From: Pseudomonadales bacterium
GTDB taxonomy: Bacteria; Pseudomonadota; Gammaproteobacteria; Pseudomonadales; Natronospirillaceae
Direction of reading: 5' to 3'
Length of the DNA: 12,274 nucleotides
Assembly (NCBI GenBank): GCA_022968985.1
Contig: JALJPK010000045.1
Span: forward strand, 19,127-31,400
Part shown: positions 1 through 8,068 of the stretch, piece after piece
Numbering within the stretch: the first letter of the stretch is position 1
Layout of the letters: every line of letters begins with the position of its first letter
Translations under genes and position numbers: made by a program
Notes under the pieces: model-generated
Told to the model about the DNA's origin: nothing
What the model saw: the letters and a program-made list of their open reading frames with translations, nothing else
The model's database searches: none

Positions 1-2
1 TA

Positions 3-848
3 GTAAACGAAAACGCTAAGAAAAAAGCACAGATCTCTGAGCTTAGAGAATTTGTAAGCCGATTCTCAGCAAACGCATCAAAAGCAAAACAAGCTACATC
101 ACGTGCCAAACAAATTGATAAAATTCAAATTCACCACATCAAACCATCTAGTCGTGCTAACCCGTATATTATTTTCGAACAAGAGAAAAAATTACATCGA
201 TTAGCATTAACCGCTGAAAATATCTCTCATGGTTTTGACGGAGTAGAATTATTCTCAGGCACTGATCTAATGATTAATGCTGGCGAACGTGTTGCTATTA
301 TTGGTGAAAACGGTGCAGGTAAAACCACATTAATGAAAATCTTAATTGGCGAAATTACACCCAATACGGGATCATTAAAATGGGCAGAAAACGCAACCCA
401 AGGTTATTACGCACAGGATCACGAATACATATTTGACGCCAAGAAAAATCTACAAGAGTGGATGGAGCAATGGCGTACAGAAAAACATGACGAACAAATT
501 GTACGTTCGATTTTAGGGCGTTTATTGTTTAAAGGCGATACAATCGAGAAAAAATCCACAGTATGTTCTGGGGGTGAAAAAGGCCGTTTATTATTCGGTA
601 AGTTAATGATGCAACACGACAACGTATTAGTGTTAGATGAACCTACTAACCACATGGATATGGAATCAATTGAATCAATCAACTTAGCGTTAGACAACTA
701 CGACGGTACGTTGTTTTTCGTATCTCATGACCGCGAGTTTGTATCGTCTTTAGCAACGCGTATATTAGAAATCAAAGATAACAAAATTCATGATTTCCAA
801 GGTACCTATGAAGAGTATTTGAAGTCTCAAGGCATTAATTCAATCTAA
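3..848 (+). CDS. ABC-F family ATPase (YbiT-like; ribosome-associated ABC-F protein); 3' part only, start lies upstream of window
   Basis: Reading frame 3 is open from base 3 and encodes the characteristic ABC-F interdomain linker (…[28 protein letters not shown]…). The second ABC domain follows, with Walker [13 protein letters not shown] signature CSGGEKGRL, and Walker [13 protein letters not shown] plus the H-loop SHD. Stop TAA is at 846-848. There is no long C-terminal extension, which argues for YbiT/EttA-like rather than Uup/YheS. The paralogue is not resolved. Confidence 0.85.
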   Translation, partial: VNENAKKKAQISELREFVSRFSANASKAKQATSRAKQIDKIQIHHIKPSSRANPYIIFEQEKKLHRLALTAENISHGFDGVELFSGTDLMINAGERVAIIGENGAGKTTLMKILIGEITPNTGSLKWAENATQGYYAQDHEYIFDAKKNLQEWMEQWRTEKHDEQIVRSILGRLLFKGDTIEKKSTVCSGGEKGRLLFGKLMMQHDNVLVLDEPTNHMDMESIESINLALDNYDGTLFFVSHDREFVSSLATRILEIKDNKIHDFQGTYEEYLKSQGINSI

Positions 849-876
849 AGAAAAAGTGAAACTTTAAAAGATTATG

Positions 877-906
877 AAGACCACGTTAACGTGGTCTTTT
901 TTTTGG
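877..906. terminator. Bidirectional rho-independent terminator between the convergent ABC-F and esterase genes
   Basis: Perfect hairpin aagaccacgtt/aacgtggtctt at ~878-898. It is followed by a T8 run on the plus strand. An A8 run precedes it on the plus strand, which gives a U-tract for the minus-strand transcript. It sits 30 bp after the ABC-F stop. Confidence 0.7.
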
Positions 907-1035
907 ATGGGAGAAAATACTGTAAGGATTATTTTTTGCAATTCCAACTTAATTTATTAGTTTAGAAGGAATTGCAAGATCGTAGTTTTGTTCAAAGTTA
1001 ATTATTTGTTTTTTACTTTTTGTTTTTACTTTTTT

Positions 1036-2010
1036 TTAGTTGGGGAATACTTCACTAAAAAAACTAACAATATGCAGCGCTTGAGTGGAGCCTAAAGAGT
1101 GACTGCCATAATGATCAAAACTGTTAACGACAATATTGTTGTTTTCTAATTCTGAGATAAGGTATTTACTACCTGAAACAATCCATTTAAATTGATCGTT
1201 ACTGCCATATTCAATATAAATATTATCTAATTTTTGTGTTTGTTTAACATAGTTTTTGATTTTAGTTGTTATATCACCAAAACCAGATTCCCAACTAGCT
1301 GTCGTTAATTTGTTGCTGTCATCCCAATTAAACCAAAACTGATCATCACTTGATTTTGGATTAGGTGCAAAAGCAGCGGCATAACCATCCATAAAATCAG
1401 TCCAACCTTCTTTTTGCCATTGCTTAACAGCTTGTTGCAGCCCAGTGGGGTCAAATAACCCAGGACTTAATGCAAATATATGCTTGAATTTATCAGGGTG
1501 CTTAAAAGCAATGTTAATAGCAGCATAACCCCCCATCGAAAACCCAGCCAAACCTCTGTATTGCGCTTTATTAATTGTTCGATAGTTAGTGTCCATAAAA
1601 TTGATCACATCATTAACCACATAATCTTCCCAATTACCTGTTACAGGTGAATTTGCATAAAAACTGCCACCAAATTGGTTGTTTCCATTAATACCAACAA
1701 TAATCATCTCATTAATATCACCAGATTTTATTGCTTTTTTTACTTTATAACCCATTAGTTTATTAACTTCAGAATGATTGGCGCCATAACCATGAAAATA
1801 ATACAGGACAGGATAACGTTTAGAGGAGGTGTAATAGGATTTTGGTAAGTACACCCGTAACGATTGTTGTTCTTTATTTTTTAAGAGGCTACCAGCCAAA
1901 GAGGGGGCTTTTATAGTAGTAGTTAAACTAAATTTGTTTTCAGCATAACTTAATGAAAAAGTTAACATTAAACTTGCAACTAAAGACCAGCGAAAAAACG
2001 CATTAATCAT
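1036..2010 (-). CDS. Secreted alpha/beta-hydrolase, putative esterase (esterase D / PF00756-like family)
   Basis: The 335-aa ORF carries an N-terminal signal peptide (MINAFFRWSLVASLMLTFSLSYA). It has an FHGYG oxyanion-region motif and a GFSMGG nucleophile elbow (GxSxG). The ATG at 2008-2010 is the preferred start, with an AGGA Shine-Dalgarno 7 nt upstream. The ORF-track start at 2043 is a TTG extension. Confidence 0.8.
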   Translation of the reverse strand: MINAFFRWSLVASLMLTFSLSYAENKFSLTTTIKAPSLAGSLLKNKEQQSLRVYLPKSYYTSSKRYPVLYYFHGYGANHSEVNKLMGYKVKKAIKSGDINEMIIVGINGNNQFGGSFYANSPVTGNWEDYVVNDVINFMDTNYRTINKAQYRGLAGFSMGGYAAINIAFKHPDKFKHIFALSPGLFDPTGLQQAVKQWQKEGWTDFMDGYAAAFAPNPKSSDDQFWFNWDDSNKLTTASWESGFGDITTKIKNYVKQTQKLDNIYIEYGSNDQFKWIVSGSKYLISELENNNIVVNSFDHYGSHSLGSTQALHIVSFFSEVFPN

Positions 2011-2038
2011 AAAAAATCCTTGTAACTCAAAATTCCCT

Positions 2039-2053
2039 GACAAGTATTGTCAA
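2039..2053. promoter_or_regulatory. 15-bp perfect palindrome TGACAA-gta-TTGTCA in the divergent esterase / P-loop-protein promoter region; candidate operator
   Basis: The two half-sites are exact reverse complements. The element lies 29 bp upstream of the esterase ATG. Its half-sites double as TTGACA-like -35 hexamers on both strands. Confidence 0.35.
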
Positions 2054-2074
2054 GAGTTGGTTAATTTGTATACT
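2047..2074 (+). promoter_or_regulatory. Candidate sigma70-type promoter for the P-loop protein gene
   Basis: -35 TTGTCA at 2047-2052, a 16-nt spacer, and -10 TATACT at 2069-2074 with TG immediately upstream. Downstream RBS AGGGA lies ~10 nt before the ATG at 2191. No TSS data are available. Confidence 0.3.
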
Positions 2075-2190
2075 AAATTAAAAGATGTAATCAGTAAATA
2101 CTTATGATTATAAACTGTTAAAAGGTAGAGGTTATTAATTGAATAATTTAACTGATAAACTAGCCACTCATTTATTAAAACAGGGATTCT

Positions 2191-2667
2191 ATGACAACTA
2201 TACATATATTAAACGGAACAATAGGAAGCGGAAAAACAACCTACGCAAAACAAATAGAAGCTAAATCAAATGCAGTACGTTTTACAGTTGATGAATGGAT
2301 GTTGGTATTATTTGGTGAGGCGGATATGGAGCGTGATGTATTCGAATCAAAAATTAAATTTTTAGAAACCCAATTTAAAACCTTGGCTGAATCATTCATT
2401 AACAATAATGTGGATGTGATAATGGATTTTGGAGGCTGGGGAAAGTCCGATCGAGATCAAATGCGTGTTTGGGCAAATACATTAAATTGTGAATTAAATA
2501 TGGTGTATTTTGATACCCCATTTGATGTTTGTAAATCACGTGTTTTAAAACGTACACAAGCAAAAACAGAAAATAATTATATGTTTGACGAACAAACCAT
2601 TGATACCTTATTTGGTTTTTTTGAAATACCTGAAGCTAATGAAGAATTTCATGAAATTGTTAAGTAA
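2191..2667 (+). CDS. Small P-loop NTPase / predicted kinase (AAA_33 / zeta-toxin-like or CPT-like fold), 158 aa
   Basis: N-terminal Walker A GTIGSGKTT immediately after the start. The size and architecture are typical of stand-alone predicted nucleotide/small-molecule kinases. AGGGA RBS upstream. Confidence 0.7.
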   Translation: MTTIHILNGTIGSGKTTYAKQIEAKSNAVRFTVDEWMLVLFGEADMERDVFESKIKFLETQFKTLAESFINNNVDVIMDFGGWGKSDRDQMRVWANTLNCELNMVYFDTPFDVCKSRVLKRTQAKTENNYMFDEQTIDTLFGFFEIPEANEEFHEIVK

Positions 2668-2691
2668 CATTTAATTGACGCGGCAAGCCAC

Positions 2692-2727
2692 GACCTACAA
2701 ATATAAAGTAGGTCTCAGCTTGCTGAG
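2692..2727. terminator. Tandem stem-loops between convergent genes (weak or possible bidirectional terminator / mRNA-stabilising hairpins)
   Basis: gacctac-aaatataaa-gtaggtc at 2692-2714, immediately followed by ctcag-cttg-ctgag at 2714-2727. It sits between the stop of the + gene at 2667 and the stop of the - gene at 2739. There is no strong U-tract on either strand, hence low confidence as an intrinsic terminator. Confidence 0.3.
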
Positions 2728-2738
2728 TCAAATCTAAT

Positions 2739-3095
2739 TTATTTCTTATCGATTAAGTCAACTTTAACCTTCGTTTTAGTCACCATCGATTTTTCAAGAC
2801 TCGATATTTGTTTACCCAAGTTCTTAACCCTCTGCCAAATATCATGATCCATATCAAGTTTGTGTCGCATTGCACTTACAACAGGTAATAGACTTGTTGT
2901 AATCGCATCACTCATAGAATGTAATACTTTATCCATTCCAGGTACGGGTTGATTCACCACTTCAACATGCATCTTCGCTTCACTTATTAACTTAGACATT
3001 TGTTGAATGGCTTGTGTGACAGGCACTAAGGCATCGGGTTTTTCTATATTAATAGATTCATTAATATTAAATAAACCGTCATTTATTTTAGCCAC
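2739..3095 (-). CDS. Hypothetical 118-aa protein, last gene of the minus-strand operon; candidate partner of the giant ATPase
   Basis: Non-repetitive ORF that starts 12 bp after the stop of the 1632-aa gene (GTG start at 3095, weak SD). No transmembrane segment and no recognisable motif. Its operonic position is the only functional clue. Confidence 0.5.
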   Translation of the reverse strand: MAKINDGLFNINESINIEKPDALVPVTQAIQQMSKLISEAKMHVEVVNQPVPGMDKVLHSMSDAITTSLLPVVSAMRHKLDMDHDIWQRVKNLGKQISSLEKSMVTKTKVKVDLIDKK

Positions 3096-3107
3096 TTGGT
3101 TTGCAAG

Positions 3108-6100
3108 TTAAGTGGTTGAGTCTGCATCGTCGCCACCCATAGATTGTATACGTGCGTAATCTTGTTTGATTTGGCTCCAACGGATTTTTTCATCATCATT
3201 TAAACTGTTGTTTAACTCACCTAATTTTAATAAGTTTTCTTCTGCGCCGGTGGTTAATGTTTGTGCTTCACCTACGTAATGATCACGTATCAAATCGTTT
3301 AGCTCTTTATCGTTCATTATACCGCTGATTTTTTCAGCCATTTTACTCATATTACGATAACTACCTTGTAACTTAAATGAAGGTTCAATTCGGTATTTAT
3401 CATCTTGAGCCGCTGAAATAATATATTGTTGATTTACTTTTAAAACAACTTCCTGCACTTTATAAAGTTTCTTTAATACATCAACAATTTCTTTTACTTC
3501 GGCACCACTATAATTGTGTTCTAAATCCGTTGATGCAATATTTTCACCTTCAGCCATACGCATTAATTTATATACGTCTTGTATATTACGTGTTGCTAAA
3601 GGGGCTAATACCGCATTCGAGGTTAAGCAGTTTTCGATATAACTCATGGAGAATTGTTTTTCGCGTCCGCTTAATACATCACCTAAATTATAAATGTCAG
3701 CTCGGTTCGCTAACATGTCTGGAATTTTAAATGACTCACCTGATTCTGTATAAGGGTTACCTGCCATAATCACACAGAATTTTTTACCGCGTAAATCATA
3801 GGTTTTACTTTTGCCTTTCCAAACTCCGTCAATACGTCTAGAGCCATCACAAAGTGAAATAAATTTTTGTAAAAACTCAGGGTGGGTATGTTGAATGTCA
3901 TCTAAGTAGAGCATGACATTGTTGCCCATCTCAAAACCTAAATTGATTTTTTCTAACTCTTGGCGGGCCGTTGCGTTAGGTGCTTGTTCTGGATCCAGTG
4001 ACATCACATCATGACCCAAAGACGGGCAGTTGATTTTCATAAAAATCAAACCCATTCGGCTGGCTACGTATTCCATTAATGTGGTTTTACCGTAACCTGG
4101 TGGTGATATTAATAATAATAAACCCATTAAATCGGTTCGTTTATTAGCGCCTACGGTACCCATTTGTTTGGCTAAATTGTCACCAATAATAGGTAGATAC
4201 ACATCGTTAATTAATTTGTTACGCACAAACGAACTCAATGGTTTCGCTTTAAAATCTTCTAAACGTAATGATTTTCGTTCTTGTTGCACTATGTCGTGGC
4301 GAAGCTCTAAAAACGCTTTGTATTGTGGTACAACACTTTGTACATGATGATTTAAACGCTGGGTAAATTCATCTAAAGCTAAAGTCATAGTTTGTTGTTT
4401 GATTAATTTATGATCCCCCATTAATCCTTCAATATTTTGTTGAAGATCAATGGCTTTAGATTGCATTTTTAAATCTTGTTGGCACAAAATAATAGCAATG
4501 GCTTCGGGTATAAATCGAACGGCATCTGATTGCTGGGTTGATTCTATAAACGCATGTAACCAGGTTTGTAATAAAGCCCATTGTTTATCTAACGCGCCAT
4601 CAAGTTGGGTCAGTGTCTTTTTATAGGAATCTAAATGCGAAATACTACTTAAGTGCGATTCTAAATCGGTTACTAAAGTTTGTGCATTTAAGCTACAGGA
4701 AAACACTAACTCGTCTTGAGCTAATTCGTAAGATAAATAATCAGCGCTTAACTTTAAGTCCTGTTCGTTTAAATCTAAATTAAACTCAGAAAAGTACTCA
4801 GTGATGTCGTGTAATAACTCTTCGCGTATTTTGCTATAAGCTTGATTACTATTAAATGTTTGGGCCAAAATTTCAGCACTTTGTGCACGTACTGGCCACA
4901 AATTATCAGTGACTTTTTTGACGTTAAAGTTCCAATACATTAATGCCAATGCACGTGGTTTAGGTGGGTAACGTAATAAACCACATTCTTTGCGAATACT
5001 TAATAAAGCCAATAATAATTTGGCCGCATCATAATCATGAATGCCTTTTTCGTAACCTTCTTGATAACGTGTGGCGCTAAAGGTTTTAATTATTTTTAAT
5101 AGCTCTTCTTCTGAGCAGTCATATAATTGATTAAAACTCAAACCATCTTGAGTTGCTTCGGCAGCATTTAAAATAGAAAATACTAAATATTCAGCACGAT
5201 ATACTTCGTCTGTTTCAGATATAAACGATTGATCCCAATAGGATTGTAATTTAATTAATTCTTGATTATCAACTGTGTCGAAATAATCCGTGCCAGTTAA
5301 ATGTAACGCAATTTCATTATTCTTTGGAATAATGGTTAAATCAACATTTTGAGTGTTCACACTAAAACGGTGACGACCCAATTTAATGATGTTACCGCCA
5401 TCTTCAAAGATGTCTTGTTTATCGCGTTGGGCGCGTACGGCTTGATCACGGGCAAACTTAAGTCGACTATCAATATCGTCTGCACGCACACTGTCACCCA
5501 GTTTACGCAGTTGATCACATAGTCCACGACACTTAGATACCATTGCGTCAGACGCAAAATAGGTATTAATTTCGTCTGCTGTATTAAAGCTTGAGCTTTT
5601 GCGTGTCACTCCTACTAAAATACGATCAGCGGCATTGGATAAGTTATGTACTTTACGTTGTTGCTCGTCTAACAACGATTGTTTAAGCGCTTCAAAGGTT
5701 TCATAAACCTGTTCACGTTTAGTTAAAATATCACCTAAAAACTCATCGTATTCACTAAAGCGGGATTCTAATTCTTCAAGTTGGGCTAATAAACGGGTTA
5801 ATTGTTCATCACAACTTTGTGGTGTAAGCGCTAATGTTTGTGCGTTAGCAATCGATTGTGAAAATAAAGTAAACTGTGCAGAAAATTCTGCAATGGTTTC
5901 AGAAGAACCTAACGATTTTAAATGTTGTTTTGATATGGCTTTGGCTTGGTTTAACTTACCGTATACTTCTGAAATGGATTCTAAAATTGCAGTTCGTATA
6001 GTGGCGTCATCTACTTTTAAACTGCCAAGCATTTTAGTTAATAAATCTAAGCCTTTAGTCATGTCGTTTAAATCATCAAGCACAGGTTGTAAAGTAACCA

Positions 6101-8006
6101 CTGTTTCTATTTGATCTAAATTATCTGTAATCTCAATAATACGATTGCTATATTGATCTAACGCATGGGGCTGGTTTAAAAAACGAATGGTTTTTTTAGA
6201 TAAATCGGTTTGTTCTTTTTCTAAGCTCTCATCAAATTGTTTTATTCGTTCTAAGTCGATATAACGTAATTCTTTGATTGTAATTAAATGCCCTCTAAAC
6301 GAAGAGAATTTATCAAGCGCGGTAACAAAGTCAGAAGGTTGTTCCCATTTGAATTTTTTAATGTCTGAAAAAAGTCTTTTGATTTGTGTGTCCGCTTTAG
6401 TAATCGCTTCGTTGGCTTGATTACGAATACTTTCAACTTTTTCAAATTCGTCTAATACTAATTCAGAAGTTTGTTGAATGTCTTTTACTTGTATACTTAA
6501 TGCAGGTAATCCGTCATCTTCAATCCAATGATAGGTGTCAAAAACCGCTTCACATTGTTCGATTAAATTTTCATACATTAATGCACTGACGTTTTCATCA
6601 TGAGTCATTTTAACAATAGAATTAATGTGCGAAATAGCACGCACTAATTCAGGGTTGCCAATACGCCCTAATAATGAATTGTTATCAGGCTGGCTCTGTA
6701 AAAACTCATCACTGAAAAATGGTGTTTGCCAAATTTGCATAGGATGCAAACGAGAAGGCTCATCGGATTCTGCTGAAAACAAAATTCCTTGTCCGTTATC
6801 AAACAAACAAAATCCATGACCAAATAATGGGGTGGATAACTCTTTACGAATTAAGTTGTAATTAAATAAGCCAAACTTGCCTTCGTCTGCTTTATAAAAT
6901 TTATATAAAATATCTTCACCGTTAGGTGATTTTTTAGCTGACTCAAAAATCATTCCATCGGCGTTTGATCCAAATGATTTAGTTTCGCCACTTTGCAAAT
7001 AATAACCACCAGGAAATATAATACCGTGGTCTTCAGGTAGCTGAATACAACTGTGGGCAAGGGCATCAATTCGATTCACTTGATTATTAAGTGTATTAAA
7101 TACTAAATAACGCCAATTGGTTTCGCGGTAAGGTAATATTTTTAATAATATTAATGATCCTAATTTTGCATAAAATATCCCCGCATCCGCTAACGACTGA
7201 TTTTTATCGTCCACATCTTCACGGTAAATACCTAAACCGTCTTGCGTATTATTTTCAACTTTAATTGTTAAATCACCATTAACGGTTTCAACAAATACCT
7301 CATCTAAAATACTGATGTGAGGATTTTTACCTGTCACGTGATTTTTACGTGTGGTGCCTATCCATTCAAAATCGTGCGTAGGGATTACATCCAGTTCACG
7401 CTCACCTCGGTCATCTATATAACTGATACTTTCATCGTTATTGATTGCCCAACGAAATACTCGAATGTCGTTTAAAGATTTTCCAATCTGAAAAAAGGCT
7501 AGTACTCGTTTGTTGTTATTTTCTAATTTAATTAATTTAGCATTTTTGTAATAACTATAAAGCTCCTTAAAATCCTTTACGAACTCGTTATCATCTAAAA
7601 AACTGTCTTTTATTGCAGTGGGTTCAATGGCAAACCCCTCTTCGTTTTTCAGTTTGTATAAACCAAATACATCAGCAACACTGATTTCGTTTTTTAAACC
7701 AATAAAAACGTTATAACCAAATAATAGTTTGTCTTTTACTTGAACGATGTCTCTGGCTTCACAGTTATTTTCGGTGCGCACTCGGACGCGACCAATCACT
7801 TCCATTGAGGTTTCACCAAATTCTTCTAAACGTAAAACGTTTAAAGAGTTAGAAGTTTGCTCTAATAAATTCGCTTGTTGTTGTAGGCGTTTTTTGATTA
7901 ATTCGTAAGCACTGCCTTGGGTAACGGCGTCTTCGATATTTGAATTATTGTCTTTTTTTACTGCGACCACGGAAAAATCCCTCAAGAATTTGAATTGACA
8001 TGACAT
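3108..8006 (-). CDS. Giant (1632 aa) multidomain protein with a C-terminal MoxR/AAA_5-type AAA+ ATPase. It may belong to the poorly characterised family annotated 'ATPase involved in DNA repair' (DUF3686 + AAA); this is recalled from memory and unverified.
   Basis: A single uninterrupted 4.9-kb ORF. The N-terminal ~480 aa is beta-rich with many aromatic/Gly motifs. The central ~800 aa is helical/coiled-coil-like. The C-terminal module has Walker A LLLLISPPGYGKTTLMEYVA, Walker B NNVMLYLDDIQH, sensor-1 FCVIMAGNPY and an Arg finger MLANRADIY. This pattern is typical of the AAA_5/MoxR/McrB/dynein clade. The start ATG at 8004-8006 has a weak SD and lies 6 nt after a 13-bp hairpin. Confidence 0.85.
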   Translation of the reverse strand: MSCQFKFLRDFSVVAVKKDNNSNIEDAVTQGSAYELIKKRLQQQANLLEQTSNSLNVLRLEEFGETSMEVIGRVRVRTENNCEARDIVQVKDKLLFGYNVFIGLKNEISVADVFGLYKLKNEEGFAIEPTAIKDSFLDDNEFVKDFKELYSYYKNAKLIKLENNNKRVLAFFQIGKSLNDIRVFRWAINNDESISYIDDRGERELDVIPTHDFEWIGTTRKNHVTGKNPHISILDEVFVETVNGDLTIKVENNTQDGLGIYREDVDDKNQSLADAGIFYAKLGSLILLKILPYRETNWRYLVFNTLNNQVNRIDALAHSCIQLPEDHGIIFPGGYYLQSGETKSFGSNADGMIFESAKKSPNGEDILYKFYKADEGKFGLFNYNLIRKELSTPLFGHGFCLFDNGQGILFSAESDEPSRLHPMQIWQTPFFSDEFLQSQPDNNSLLGRIGNPELVRAISHINSIVKMTHDENVSALMYENLIEQCEAVFDTYHWIEDDGLPALSIQVKDIQQTSELVLDEFEKVESIRNQANEAITKADTQIKRLFSDIKKFKWEQPSDFVTALDKFSSFRGHLITIKELRYIDLERIKQFDESLEKEQTDLSKKTIRFLNQPHALDQYSNRIIEITDNLDQIETVVTLQPVLDDLNDMTKGLDLLTKMLGSLKVDDATIRTAILESISEVYGKLNQAKAISKQHLKSLGSSETIAEFSAQFTLFSQSIANAQTLALTPQSCDEQLTRLLAQLEELESRFSEYDEFLGDILTKREQVYETFEALKQSLLDEQQRKVHNLSNAADRILVGVTRKSSSFNTADEINTYFASDAMVSKCRGLCDQLRKLGDSVRADDIDSRLKFARDQAVRAQRDKQDIFEDGGNIIKLGRHRFSVNTQNVDLTIIPKNNEIALHLTGTDYFDTVDNQELIKLQSYWDQSFISETDEVYRAEYLVFSILNAAEATQDGLSFNQLYDCSEEELLKIIKTFSATRYQEGYEKGIHDYDAAKLLLALLSIRKECGLLRYPPKPRALALMYWNFNVKKVTDNLWPVRAQSAEILAQTFNSNQAYSKIREELLHDITEYFSEFNLDLNEQDLKLSADYLSYELAQDELVFSCSLNAQTLVTDLESHLSSISHLDSYKKTLTQLDGALDKQWALLQTWLHAFIESTQQSDAVRFIPEAIAIILCQQDLKMQSKAIDLQQNIEGLMGDHKLIKQQTMTLALDEFTQRLNHHVQSVVPQYKAFLELRHDIVQQERKSLRLEDFKAKPLSSFVRNKLINDVYLPIIGDNLAKQMGTVGANKRTDLMGLLLLISPPGYGKTTLMEYVASRMGLIFMKINCPSLGHDVMSLDPEQAPNATARQELEKINLGFEMGNNVMLYLDDIQHTHPEFLQKFISLCDGSRRIDGVWKGKSKTYDLRGKKFCVIMAGNPYTESGESFKIPDMLANRADIYNLGDVLSGREKQFSMSYIENCLTSNAVLAPLATRNIQDVYKLMRMAEGENIASTDLEHNYSGAEVKEIVDVLKKLYKVQEVVLKVNQQYIISAAQDDKYRIEPSFKLQGSYRNMSKMAEKISGIMNDKELNDLIRDHYVGEAQTLTTGAEENLLKLGELNNSLNDDEKIRWSQIKQDYARIQSMGGDDADSTT
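3650..4140 (-). other. AAA+ ATPase module (MoxR/AAA_5-like) within the giant protein, approx. aa 1290-1450
   Basis: The Walker A codons lie at ~4082-4126 (rc encodes MGLLLLISPPGYGKT). Walker B, sensor 1 and the Arg finger follow within ~130 codons. About 180 aa of C-terminal helical extension lies beyond. Confidence 0.7.
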
Positions 8007-8012
8007 CTTTAA

Positions 8013-8050
8013 AAAGCACTTTAAGATTCCTTTGAGCCTTAAAGTGCTTT
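8013..8050 (-). promoter_or_regulatory. Perfect 13-bp inverted repeat (12-nt loop) in the flotillin-to-giant-ATPase spacer; intra-operon attenuator/terminator or translation-occluding hairpin
   Basis: aaagcactttaag (8013-8025) and cttaaagtgcttt (8038-8050) are exact reverse complements. On the minus-strand transcript the 3' arm ends GCUUUUUAAAG immediately before the AUG at 8006. The loop contains AAAGGAAU. No comparable structure occurs in the other intergenic gaps of the operon. Confidence 0.45.
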
Positions 8051-8068
8051 GTAACTAAACGACTGTTT

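Noticed and set aside
419-697. 92-aa minus-strand ORF inside the ABC-F gene
   Set aside because: Lies entirely within the strongly supported ABC-F coding frame on the opposite strand. The product is low-complexity with no motifs. It is a shadow ORF.
2011-2043. N-terminal extension of the esterase (MSGNFELQGFF…) and of the PspA-like protein (MENN…) in the ORF track
   Set aside because: Both extensions begin at TTG codons and lack an SD. The internal ATGs (2010 and 11909) have good AGGA/GGAG SDs. They also start exactly at a signal peptide and at the conserved PspA N-terminal helix, respectively.
3530-6819. Plus-strand ORFs 3530-3730, 5893-6114, 6625-6819 and minus-strand 5357-5557 inside the giant gene
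   Set aside because: All are short (64-73 aa) and embedded in the 4.9-kb giant-ATPase ORF, in other frames or the other strand. They carry no RBS or motif support and are typical spurious ORFs in AT-rich DNA.
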